From NCBI GenBank assembly GCA_032718475.1, contig JAUCBJ010003075.1, positions 1-64,000 of the forward strand: DNA of 64,000 nucleotides, read 5' to 3'. The notes below the pieces were generated by a model. That model ran no database searches. It was not told where the DNA came from and was given only the letters and a program-made list of their open reading frames with translations. The DNA comes from Nemertoderma westbladi. Lineage: Eukaryota; Animalia; Xenacoelomorpha. The position numbers were made by a program, and so were the translations under genes. Of the stretch, positions 45,001 through 54,968 are shown piece after piece (position 1 is the first letter of the stretch; the number at the start of each line of letters is the position of its first letter).

Positions 45001-46952
45001 TTGTAACTGATACGGAACAGTGTCGCTTACCTGTGTTGTAACTGGAGACGGAACAGTGTCGCTTACCTGTGTTGTAACTGGAGACGGAACAGTGTCGCTT
45101 ACCTGTGTTGTAACTGGAGACGGAACAGTGTCGCTTACCTGTGTTGTAACTGGAGACGGAACAGTGTCGCTTACCTGTGTTGTAACTGGAGACGGAACAG
45201 TGTCGCTTATCTGTGTTGTAACTGGAGACGGAACAGTGTCGCTTACCTGTGTTGTAACTGGAGACGGAACAGTGTCGCTTACCTGTGTTGTAACTGGAGA
45301 CGGAACAGTGTCGCTTACCTGTGTTGTAACTATGGAGACGGAACAGTGTCGCTTACCTGTGTTGTAACTGATACGGAACAGTGTCGCTTACCTGTGTTGT
45401 AACTGGAGACGGAACAGTGTCGCTTACCTGTGTTGTAACTATGGAGACGGAACAGTGTCGCTTACCTGTGTTGTAACTGATACGGAACAGTGTCGCTTAC
45501 CTGTGTTGTAACTGGAGACGGAACAGTGTCGCTTATCTGTGTTGTAACTGGAGACGGAACAGTGTCGCTTACCTGTGTTGTAACTGGAGACGGAACAGTG
45601 TCGCTTACCTGTGTTGTAACTGGAGACGGAACAGTGTCGCTTACCTGTGTTGTAACTATGGAGACGGAACAGTGTCGCTTACCTGTGTTGTAACTGATAC
45701 GGAACAGTGTCGCTTACCTGTGTTGTAACTGGAGACGGAACAGTGTCGCTTACCTGTGTTGTAACTGGAGACGGAACAGTGTCGCTTACCTGTGTTGTAA
45801 CTGGAGACGGAACAGTGTCGCTTACCTGTGTTGTAACTGGAGACGGAACAGTGTCGCTTACCTGTGTTGTAACTGGAGACGGAACAGTGTCGCTTATCTG
45901 TGTTGTAACTGGAGACGGAACAGTGTCGCTTACCTGTGTTGTAACTGGAGACGGAACAGTGTCGCTTACCTGTGTTGTAACTGGAGACGGAACAGTGTCG
46001 CTTACCTGTGTTGTAACTATGGAGACGGAACAGTGTCGCTTACCTGTGTTGTAACTGATACGGAACAGTGTCGCTTACCTGTGTTGTAACTGGAGACGGA
46101 ACAGTGTCGCTTACCTGTGTTGTAACTGGAGACGGAACAGTGTCGCTTACCTGTGTTGTAACTGGAGACGGAACAGTGTCGCTTACCTGTGTTGTAACTG
46201 ATACGGAACAGTGTCGCTTACCTGTGTTGTAACTGGAGACGGAACAGTGTCGCTTACCTACGTTGTAACCAATACGGAACAGTGTCGCTTACCTGTGTTG
46301 TAACTAGAGACGGAACAGTGTCGCTTACCTGTGTTGTAACTGGAGACGGAACAGTGTCGCTTACCTGCGTTGTAACTGATACGGAACAGTGTCGCTTACC
46401 TGTGTTGTAACTGGAGACGGAACAGTGTCGCTTACCTGCGTTGTAACTGATACGGAACAGTGTCGCTTACCTGTGTTGTAACTGGAGACGGAACAGTGTC
46501 GCTTACCTACGTTGTAACCAATACGGAACAGTGTCGCTTACCTGTGTTGTAACTAGAGACGGAACAGTGTCGCTTACCTGTGTTGTAACTGGAGACGGAA
46601 CAGTGTCGCTTACCTGTGTTGTAACTGGAGACGGAACAGTGTCGCTTACCTGTGTTGTAACTGGAGACGGAACAGTGTCGCTTACCTGTGTTGTAACTGG
46701 AGACGGAACAGTGTCGCTTACCTGTGTTGTAACTGGAGACGGAACAGTGTCGCTTACCTGTGTTGTAACTGGAGACGGAACAGTGTCGCTTACCTGTGTT
46801 GTAACTATGGAGACGGAACAGTGTCGCTTACCTGTGTTGTAACTGATACGGAACAGTGTCGCTTACCTGTGTTGTAACTGGTTACGGAACAGTGTCGCTT
46901 ACCTATGTTGTAACTGGAGACGGAACTGTGTCGCTTATCTGTGTTGTAACTG
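1..46952. repeat. Large tandem satellite, 35-38 bp unit (consensus GGAACAGTGTCGCTTACCTGTGTTGTAACTGGAGAC), roughly 1,300 units; runs off the left edge of the window
   Basis: Continuous head-to-tail units with no spacers. Variation is concentrated at two sites: TGTG/TACG/TATG/TGCG/TGTT and TGGAGA/TGATA/CGATA/TGGTTA/TGGTTT/TGGATA/TATGGAGA/TGGAGG. Unit count is estimated as length divided by about 36. Confidence 0.99.
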
Positions 46953-46970
46953 CACTGAAAAAAGTAAGTG
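46953..46970 (+). repeat. Left TIR of the CACTA-type element
   Basis: CACTGAAAAAAGTAAGTG, exact reverse complement of 54951-54968. Confidence 0.95.
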
Positions 46971-47226
46971 CCGGTCGATTTTTTAACCATTGGTTATGGA
47001 TAGGTACTTGCGGTAGTGATTGGTAAACCGGGGGTTAGTATGGATCATACAAAAATGGCTGGTAGTAACCTCCGGTTGCGATATTAAACCGGCGGTTTAA
47101 GATGTATTGGTTATATTACCTGAAACGAAACCTGTAGTCAGTGCGGAATTTTGCATAGAAAGTGACGGTTGTATTAAAAAGGTGGTTATTAAATTTTCAA
47201 ACTGGCGGTTCTTATTGATGAAAACA

Positions 47227-47955
47227 TGTAATTTTCAAACCGGCGGTTTTTATGAAATGTAAAAATGGTGGTTTTATTTTTAAACTGTTGGTTCTTGTTA
47301 ATTAAACGCTTATAGTTTTCAAACCGGCGGTTTTTATGAAATGTAAAAATGGTGGTCTTATATTCAAACTGTCGGTTCTTGTTAATAAACACGTATGTAG
47401 TTTTCAAACCGGCGGTTTTTATGAAATGTAAAAATGGTGGTCTTATATTCAAACTGTCGGTTCTTGTTAACAAACACGTATGTAGTTTTCAAACCGGCGG
47501 TTTTTATGAAATGTAAAAATGGTGGTCTTATATTCAAACTGTCGGTTCTTGTTAACAAACACGTATGTAGTTTTCAAACCGGCGGTTTTTATGAAATGTA
47601 AAAATGGTGGTCTTATATTCAAACTGTCGGTTCTTGTTAATAAACACGTATGTAGTTTTCAAACCGGCGGTTTTTATGAAATGTAAAAATGGTGGTCTTA
47701 TATTCAAACTGTCGGTTCTTGTTAACAAACACGTATGTAGTTTTCAAACCGGCGGTTTTTATGAAATGTAAAAATGGTGGTCTTATATTCAAACTGTCGG
47801 TTCTTGTTAATAAACACGTATGTAGTTTTCAAACCGGCGGTTTTTATGAAATGTAAAAATGGTGGTCTTATATTCAAACTGTCGGTTCTTGTTAACAAAC
47901 ACGTATGTAGTTTTCAAACCGGCGGTTTGTATGAAATGTAAAAATGGCGGTTGTA
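47227..47955. repeat. 85-bp tandem repeat (about 8.5 copies) inside the CACTA element, itself a dimer of two related ~42-bp halves
   Basis: TTTTCAAACCGGCGG recurs at 47316, 47401, 47486, 47571, 47656, 47741, 47826 and 47911. Halves begin TTCAAACCGGCGGTT and TTCAAACTGTCGGTT. Confidence 0.93.
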
Positions 47956-48062
47956 TTTTGACAATTGCCGGTTTTTACTATACATACAAAGACCCTAAGT
48001 TGTGTAATTCAACTGGTAATGCCGTTATTTCTGTATTACAGAGGCGTGATATGATATAACTA

Positions 48063-48650
48063 ATTTACAATAATGACTGCCAGTTTATCACAGAACCACA
48101 GATTTACAATAATGACTGCCAGTTTATCACAGAACCACAGATTTACAATAATGACTGCCAGTTTATCACAGAACCACAGATTTACAATAAAGACTGCCAG
48201 TTTATCACAGAACCGCAGATTTACAATAATGACTGCCAGTTTATCACAGAACCACAGATTTACAATAATGACTGCCAGTTTATCACAGAACCACAGATTT
48301 ACAATAATGACTGCCAGTTTATCACAGAACCACAGATTTACAATAATGACTGCCAGTTTATCACAGAACCACAGATTTACAATAATGCTGCCAGTTTATC
48401 ACAGAACCACAGATTTACAATAATGACTGCCAGTTTATCACAGAACCACAGATTTACAATAATGCTGCCAGTTTATCACAGAACCACAGATTTACAATAA
48501 TGACTGCCAGTTTATCACAGAACCACAGATTTACAATAATGACTGCCAGTTTATCACAGAACCACAGATATAGAACCGCAGATTTGCAATAATAACTGCC
48601 AGTTTATCACAGAACCACACACAGATTTACAAACTAATAACTGCCAGTTT
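48063..48650. repeat. 39-bp tandem repeat (about 14-15 copies) inside the CACTA element
   Basis: Unit ATTTACAATAATGACTGCCAGTTTATCACAGAACCACAG; explains the spurious MTASLSQNHRFTI ORF. Confidence 0.95.
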
Positions 48651-48773
48651 GTATATGTAAATATAAAAAGTAAATATATATAATCAAAACATAATTTTAA
48701 ATTATTAATTAAACTTGGTTAAAATTAATTAATTTATATAAATTAATTGAAATGAATTATCTAATATGGCTGA

Positions 48774-49019
48774 TGTAACCCTCATTATCATTCCTAATTA
48801 TATTTCATATTGATTACACCATTCACACAGGCAGTTTGACCTTTGACATCCTACCGTACTGGCATGCTATTATATATATGTAATGTAGGCCTATATAAAT
48901 CAATTAATTCATTATGTGTGTGTCGGTAATCAGTAATATACGTATGCCTAATATTGGACAATAAAATTAGAATAAAGAATTTCTGTGTACCGGTAACAAA
49001 CTGTTTCCTCGCGCCCACA
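48774..49019 (+). repeat. 5' LTR (246 bp)
   Basis: TGTAACC...GCCCACA, identical by eye to 53807-54052. TATA-like TATATAAA near 48892; AATAAA at 48960 and 48971. Confidence 0.97.
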
Positions 49020-49021
49020 TT

Positions 49022-49035
49022 TGGTGACCCGGACG
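49022..49035 (+). promoter_or_regulatory. Primer-binding site, tRNA-Trp-like
   Basis: TGGTGACCCGGACG two nt after the 5' LTR; one mismatch to the classical tRNA-Trp PBS TGGTGACCCCGACG. Confidence 0.8.
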
Positions 49036-49088
49036 ATCCTTATTCAGCAAATACCGGTAATTCCGAACCATACTCCACAATTTACAAG

Positions 49089-52000
49089 ATGCCGAATCTT
49101 AACACATTCCGGAAAGCCGAACTGCTTGAAACATTGAAGCGGCTGAATAGCCACGATGACACGTACATCGCGCCGCAACTCAAATCAGAGATTATCGACG
49201 CTCTAATGAAAGAGAACCCTTCAGCAGTCGAGTTTCTGCTGAAAGCGGGCGCAACTGAAGCTGCTACGGGTAGCAGTTCATTCGATGCGCCTTCACATAA
49301 TACTCCATATCAGAAACTACGATTGCCGGAATTTTATGCGAAAGATGTTCGGGTGTGGTTCGCGCAGGCAGAGGCGGTTCTGCTCGGACAAAGTGCGGTA
49401 TCGATGAAAGCGAATATCCTGGCGGCCATTCCAACTGAGTCTATCCTCGAGGCAGGGGTAGATTTAGACGAAAGTTACGTTATCATTAAACATAACATTA
49501 TAGTCCACTTAGCCGATAGTGACGAACGACGTTTCCGCAAACTCTTGGTCTCTCATGAGCTGGGAGATAGAAAACCGTCGGCGGCATTAAGACAGATGCA
49601 ACGTTTAGCACCGGGTGCTTCCAACGATAAACTCATTCGCATACGATTCCTTGAGATTCTACCAGAGACAGTCTCAATCGTCCTCTCCACTCTTGGGGAG
49701 CTGCCACTCGACAAGTTGGCTGAAGTTGCCGACAAGATGGTGGAGCAGCAGCAGGACCAGTCTGCCAGCCACGGTTTATCTGCTGCAGCTGCTCCCATCT
49801 CTCACATCGCGAACATCTCCCAATTACAGGAATCCAACCTCGCTCTCCTGAACACTCAGAAACAGTTAGCCGATCAGATTGCTCAGATAACCACGGAGTT
49901 GCGTTCTCTGTCTGACAATCGCGGCCGCTACCAGGGCCGCGGCCGCTACCAGGGCCGATCTGAATCTCGCGGCCGCAGCGGTTCCTCCCACCGACGTTCA
50001 TCCGACTACAACCCGGATGGCTCACTCTGTTACTACCACTATCGCTTTGGTCGGGAATCCCGCAAGTGTAAACCGCCCTGCTCCTGGAGGCAGCCAACCC
50101 CCAGCGACGGCAGTGCCCCGGCTCCAGAGCGGAGCAATCATCCCCACTATACTAGTAGCTCTAGGAATCGCAGTGCACTTAATGCTGTATATGTATCATC
50201 AGATACTGTAGGTACGTTCCTTGTTGATTCAGGAAGTGACTTCTCAATTTTACCACAATCTTATATTAGTCTGTTGAACAAGTTCAAACCCAAAACATCA
50301 CATACTTTGACAGCTGCAAATCAGTCCAATATTAATATTTTTGGTGAAGGTGAGCTTGAATTTTCGGTTTCTGAGTTAGACGACCATACATTTAAGTGGA
50401 CATTTATTGTAGCCGATGTTATCCAACCCATTCTCGGATTAGATTTTTTGAAATATTTTCATGTGAACATAGATTGTGCACAATGTACAGTGTATTTTAA
50501 TCAATTTGAACCTACATTTAGTGAATCACGGAAATCAGGTGCGCCTAGTAATAACGGCAACACGAATAGTGTATTTTCAAGTAAAACTAGATTTTCTAGC
50601 TCAAATAACGGTACCGGTACATTATCTAGTAATATGGAACTATTTTTATTGTGGTTTAAGTATATCATATTTCCCATTATGTGGCTATGTTCGTCCAAGT
50701 CCATATGGTCTAACTTAGTCTTTAGTGCAGGTATTTTATTTTGTTTATTAAGTGTTATCGCAGTACCGTGGATGTGTGGTGTATATGATGCCAGTTCGCA
50801 TTCCAATGTGTTTTTAATTACATCACATAGCGTTGAAAGTATCACATCTGATATTAATCCACAATTAAGCAAAATTTTGAACAAGTATGGCGACGTTTTC
50901 AAACCCAAATTAGCTACTGAATTTGTGAATCACTCTGTCGAACACCATATAGTAACGGAAGGACAACCTTGTTTCGCAAAACCACGCCGTTTATACGGAG
51001 ACCGTTTATCAGCGGCTTCTAACGAATTTGACAATTTATTACGACAGGGTATTGTTAAACGTAGTGAGTCCCCATGGGCTACACCATTACATTGTGTAAA
51101 GAAACCAGATGGCAGTATCCGACCTTGTGGTGACTATAGAAAATTGAACAGTATGACGGTACGCGATAATTATCCAATGCCAAACATTGCGGATATAACT
51201 GATAAATTTAGAGGGTGCAAGATTTTCAGTAAAATAGATCTCGAAAAGGCCTATTATCAGGTTCCAATGGCTAAAAACGATATCTTAAAAACGGCAATTA
51301 CAACCCCATTTGGACTTTTTCTTTTCACACGTATGCCTTTTGGTCTGCGTAATGCCAGTCAAACCTTTCAAAGGTTGATTGACACTACACTGTACGACAT
51401 CAATTGTGCAGTTGGATACATAGATGATATATTGGTTGCAAGTCCTAGCATAGAGCAGCACCATAAAGACATTCAACTCGTTCTAGAACGTTTACGAAAA
51501 TTTAGTCTAACAGCTAAACGCTCGAAATGCGAATTTTTTAAACGTGAAGTAAATTTTCTTGGTTTCACTATTTCGGGTACAGGTGTAAAACCAATCAAAT
51601 CAAAGATAGTTGCCATGGAAAATTTTCCAGAGCCCAAAAATCGATCATCATTGCGTCGGTTCCTCGGAATGGCAGGTTACTATCATAGATTTGTGCCGAA
51701 TTTTTCTGACGTTGCAGCGCCTCTAACTGATCTAAATAAAAATAAGTTTGACATCCCCGAAAATTTCGAAATGTCAGCTGAAGCAAAACAGGCTTTTTCA
51801 AAATTAAAGAAGAGTCTTCAAAATGCTGTAACTTTATCATTTCCAAAGCCTGACGCTCCTGTAACCTTGACAACAGACGCGTCAGACCAGGCGGTTGGTG
51901 CCGTCATCCACCAAGTTGTAAATAACGTATCTGAACCGATCAGTTTCTTTTCAAAAAAATTGTCTGAAACTGAACAGAGAAAGTCAGCTTTCGACAAAGA

Positions 52001-53468
52001 GCTGTTAGCGATTTATCTTGCTCTCAAACATAACGATTGGCTTTTAGGTCAGCACATTACAATTTTTACAGACCATAAGCCACTTGTAAATTGTTTAGGG
52101 ATGAAAAATCCCACACCCCAACAAACCCGTTGGCTCTCATACATTTCTGAGTACAACTGTCAAATTAAATATATAGCGGGAGCCGAAAATATTGTAGCTG
52201 ATTCTTTATCACGCCCCCTAGCGGCCATATTTTTTGATACAAATGATAATTCGAAACTAGCCACTGCTCAAAAGCAAGATAAATCGCTACAAAGTTTCTT
52301 TCAGTCAACTACTTTACCTTTACAATACGCACATTTAGAAGATGGTAATATCCTAGTGTGCGACAAATCAAAAGGCCATAATCGACCATACTTACCTTCA
52401 ATTTTGCGACATCATATTTTTGATAAATTTCATGAACTTTCTCATGCTGGACCAGATGGTACTTTCAATTTAATAAGTAACCGCTATATCTGGCCTGGAA
52501 TGCGACGTGAAATTAAAATGTGGGCGAAAGCTTGCCAAAAGTGCCAACAGTCAAAAATTTCAACGCATACGAAAACTGCTGTAGAAACGATCCCGACTAA
52601 CAGTCGCTTTGAAACTGTACATATAGATTTAGTAGGTCCTCTACCGGTGTCCAAAGGACACAAGTATTTACTCACTATCATTGATAGGTTTACTAGGTGG
52701 CCTGAAGTAGTCCCCCTAAAAGATATTACGACAGAAACAGTTGCCCAAGCTTTCCTTTTCAATTGGGTAAGCCGGTTCGGTGTGCCACGTACTGTCATTA
52801 CGGATCGCGGCGCACAATTTGAGTCAGCAGTTTGGAGCTCTCTAATGAAGTCCCTTGGCACAAAACGGCGTCGTACAACTGCTTATCACCCGTCCTGTAA
52901 CGGGACTATAGAACGTTTTCACCGTCAGTTAAAAAATTCCCTTCGATCAAAATGTAATTCAACCTATTGGTTTGATGAACTACCATTGGTTTTGTTGGGT
53001 TTGCGCTCTAATATCGGAGTGCACAAGTTTTCGCCTGCACAACTGGTATATGGCGCAGAGCTTCAATTACCAGGTCAATTTTTCGAATTTTCGGACAAGT
53101 CTGATAAGTTCGATAATTTTAACTGGCATAATTTCACATCTCGGCTCTTCGAGAAAGTTGATAATTTTCAGAGTCCAGTTAGAAAATATAAATCAAAAGC
53201 ATCAATCCCCAAAGAATTGTCTGAAGCAACTCATGTCTGGGTAAAAGAACCTAAGAAAACTGGATCATTGAAACCGCTTTATGCGGGACCGTATAGAGTA
53301 GTTTCGCGAAATAGTAAAACTATCGACATAGAACGCCATTCAAAAATTGAAAAGTTGACGCTCGACAGAGTGAAACCAGTTGTTTCTGAATGTGTGAACT
53401 ACACTAAACCGAAAACTAAAAAGTGTGTAACATTTTCATTAATTGAAACTATCCACATTTCTGATTGA
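49089..53468 (+). CDS. Gag-Pol polyprotein (about 1459 aa from the first ATG after the PBS)
   Basis: Gag motifs LPEFY..WFAQAEA, LGDRKPS and C-x2-H-x9-C-x3-C (50028-50081). Protease LVDSGS; RT MPFGLRNA and YIDD; RNase H TDAS/ELLA/TDH/ADSLSR; integrase HHCC, D-D-E and GPY. The track start at 48954 is a TTG inside the LTR. Confidence 0.95.
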   Translation: MPNLNTFRKAELLETLKRLNSHDDTYIAPQLKSEIIDALMKENPSAVEFLLKAGATEAATGSSSFDAPSHNTPYQKLRLPEFYAKDVRVWFAQAEAVLLGQSAVSMKANILAAIPTESILEAGVDLDESYVIIKHNIIVHLADSDERRFRKLLVSHELGDRKPSAALRQMQRLAPGASNDKLIRIRFLEILPETVSIVLSTLGELPLDKLAEVADKMVEQQQDQSASHGLSAAAAPISHIANISQLQESNLALLNTQKQLADQIAQITTELRSLSDNRGRYQGRGRYQGRSESRGRSGSSHRRSSDYNPDGSLCYYHYRFGRESRKCKPPCSWRQPTPSDGSAPAPERSNHPHYTSSSRNRSALNAVYVSSDTVGTFLVDSGSDFSILPQSYISLLNKFKPKTSHTLTAANQSNINIFGEGELEFSVSELDDHTFKWTFIVADVIQPILGLDFLKYFHVNIDCAQCTVYFNQFEPTFSESRKSGAPSNNGNTNSVFSSKTRFSSSNNGTGTLSSNMELFLLWFKYIIFPIMWLCSSKSIWSNLVFSAGILFCLLSVIAVPWMCGVYDASSHSNVFLITSHSVESITSDINPQLSKILNKYGDVFKPKLATEFVNHSVEHHIVTEGQPCFAKPRRLYGDRLSAASNEFDNLLRQGIVKRSESPWATPLHCVKKPDGSIRPCGDYRKLNSMTVRDNYPMPNIADITDKFRGCKIFSKIDLEKAYYQVPMAKNDILKTAITTPFGLFLFTRMPFGLRNASQTFQRLIDTTLYDINCAVGYIDDILVASPSIEQHHKDIQLVLERLRKFSLTAKRSKCEFFKREVNFLGFTISGTGVKPIKSKIVAMENFPEPKNRSSLRRFLGMAGYYHRFVPNFSDVAAPLTDLNKNKFDIPENFEMSAEAKQAFSKLKKSLQNAVTLSFPKPDAPVTLTTDASDQAVGAVIHQVVNNVSEPISFFSKKLSETEQRKSAFDKELLAIYLALKHNDWLLGQHITIFTDHKPLVNCLGMKNPTPQQTRWLSYISEYNCQIKYIAGAENIVADSLSRPLAAIFFDTNDNSKLATAQKQDKSLQSFFQSTTLPLQYAHLEDGNILVCDKSKGHNRPYLPSILRHHIFDKFHELSHAGPDGTFNLISNRYIWPGMRREIKMWAKACQKCQQSKISTHTKTAVETIPTNSRFETVHIDLVGPLPVSKGHKYLLTIIDRFTRWPEVVPLKDITTETVAQAFLFNWVSRFGVPRTVITDRGAQFESAVWSSLMKSLGTKRRRTTAYHPSCNGTIERFHRQLKNSLRSKCNSTYWFDELPLVLLGLRSNIGVHKFSPAQLVYGAELQLPGQFFEFSDKSDKFDNFNWHNFTSRLFEKVDNFQSPVRKYKSKASIPKELSEATHVWVKEPKKTGSLKPLYAGPYRVVSRNSKTIDIERHSKIEKLTLDRVKPVVSECVNYTKPKTKKCVTFSLIETIHISD

Positions 53469-53795
53469 ACTAAAACCATTAAGATCCAATCATTAAATCC
53501 AACGGTATTGCGTTTAACATATGCTTACCTATTTTGTTGTAGTCGTGCTGTTTTTGTCTATTCCGGATAGGTGCGTATCACCGCGGAATTAATTTTCTGT
53601 ATAAAATGTATTAATTTGTGGTAATAATTAAATATTTAAATAATATGAACGTGTTGCCATTTTTTTTTCTCAAACATATCTAGGCGATTTCCGTTAGTTT
53701 TTTTTTTTTCATATACCTTTAATTAGTTTCTTAATTAAAGCCTACAATATGATTAGTTTCTTGATTAATGTTAACCATAGTGCTCCGCACTTAAC

Positions 53796-53806
53796 GAAGG
53801 GAGCCA
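53796..53806 (+). promoter_or_regulatory. Short polypurine tract
   Basis: GAAGGGAG immediately upstream of the 3' LTR. Confidence 0.6.
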
Positions 53807-54052
53807 TGTAACCCTCATTATCATTCCTAATTATATTTCATATTGATTACACCATTCACACAGGCAGTTTGACCTTTGACATCCTACCGTACTGGCATGC
53901 TATTATATATATGTAATGTAGGCCTATATAAATCAATTAATTCATTATGTGTGTGTCGGTAATCAGTAATATACGTATGCCTAATATTGGACAATAAAAT
54001 TAGAATAAAGAATTTCTGTGTACCGGTAACAAACTGTTTCCTCGCGCCCACA
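53807..54052 (+). repeat. 3' LTR (246 bp)
   Basis: Direct repeat of 48774-49019, followed by the TSD GCTGA. Confidence 0.97.
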
Positions 54053-54950
54053 GCTGAAAAGAAGACAAATGATATTAAAATTAATAATCAAAACACTATT
54101 TGTAGATCATCAACTAAAATTAATTAGGATATCCATAAATCTAAATGAATTTAATATTTTCCTATATACTTAGCCGTGTGTGTATTCAATATGTATGTAG
54201 AGTATTGTATGCATTGGCCATAGGCCGTAAGCGTAGGGTAGGGTGTAGGGATTAGATAAGGTAGGCTTTCACCCCCCTCCCCCCATATCTCCATGTTGTA
54301 ACATTGAGCTTCATGTGTGCCCTGAATGTCCTGTGCTCCTAACCAAACATTATTTTCAGATAACCACAGGTTTATAAGTTTTTTTTGCTCTTTATAACCA
54401 CAGGTTAGTACGTTTTAACTCTGGGTTTTTCTTTTATAACCATAGGTTATAGTTATAAATAAATTAAAGCCTCAGTTTATTAAAATTACCGCCAGTTTTC
54501 TCAAATAAAACCGCCAGTTGACTGTCAATTAAACGACGGTTTCTTAAAAACTGGTTTATTTGGTTGCCGTTTTACCTGTGGTTTTTTGAGAAAACCGGCA
54601 GTTTTAAATAGTTGAAACGCCAGTTACCAGCAGCAAACCATAGGTTAATAAATGCCGATTAAGTATTTGACCGGGAATTTGCGTTAAACCAGAACCTGAG
54701 GTTACAGAAACCGGCAGTTCCTTGCGATATAAAATACCAGAGGTTTTACAACGCATTTTTAGGTTCTAAACAACTGGGGGTTATGGAACCGCCGGTTTTA
54801 CGAGAGATAATCAACCCCCGGTTTGCACAACTGCCAGTTCTTGGCAATGTTTATTTACCGCCGGTTTGTAAAAACAACCTGCGGTGGTTTTCGTTGCAAA
54901 ACAACCCCAGGTAGTTCTTGCAAACCGGCAGTTTTTTAACAAAATACCAC

Positions 54951-54968
54951 CACTTACTTTTTTCAGTG
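54951..54968 (-). repeat. Right TIR of the CACTA-type element
   Basis: CACTTACTTTTTTCAGTG followed by the TG TSD. Confidence 0.95.

Larger units (their letters stand above)
48774..54052 (+). mobile_element. Full-length Ty3/Gypsy LTR retrotransposon, CsRn1-like clade
   Basis: 246-bp TG...CA LTRs and a 5-bp TSD GCTGA (48769-48773, 54053-54057). tRNA-Trp-like PBS, single Gag-PR-RT-RH-IN ORF and CHCC Gag motif. Confidence 0.96.
46953..54968. mobile_element. Non-autonomous CACTA/EnSpm (CMC)-type DNA transposon, about 2.7 kb once the nested retrotransposon is removed
   Basis: Perfect 18-bp TIRs (CACTGAAAAAAGTAAGTG ... CACTTACTTTTTTCAGTG) and a 2-bp TSD TG (46951-46952, 54969-54970). Removing the element restores an intact satellite unit (gtaacTGgagac). 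Many subterminal AAC-N5-GTT palindromes; no transposase ORF seen. Confidence 0.88.

Noticed and set aside
189-46842. Many [12 protein letters not shown]-repeat ORFs as a beta-solenoid or antifreeze-like protein
   Set aside because: They are translations of the 36-bp unit starting at GTG/TTG, and 35/37/38-bp units constantly break the frame. They are also antisense to the host gene.
1-46952. CRISPR array (36-bp repeats)
   Set aside because: No unique spacers and no cas genes; eukaryotic spliced-gene context. The variable parts are a handful of recurrent 4-8 nt alleles.
1-46952. Centromeric or telomeric satellite
   Set aside because: The unit derives from this gene's exon junction and lies in an intron. 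Nothing in the sequence supports centromere function, though it cannot be excluded without CENP-A data.
47189-48423. Short ORFs in the CACTA interior
   Set aside because: Products of the 85-bp and 39-bp tandem repeats; no transposase motifs.
48954-49088. N-terminal extension of Gag-Pol in the ORF track
   Set aside because: It starts at a TTG within the LTR and crosses the PBS; the first ATG after the PBS is 49089.
49553-53244. Overlapping and antisense ORFs within gag-pol
   Set aside because: Short shadow frames with no recognisable motifs.
53469-53806. env gene after integrase
   Set aside because: Only about 340 bp of AT-rich sequence with no sizeable ORF.
54230-54265. Telomere-like TAGGG repeats
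   Set aside because: Only three irregular copies, not a TTAGGG array.
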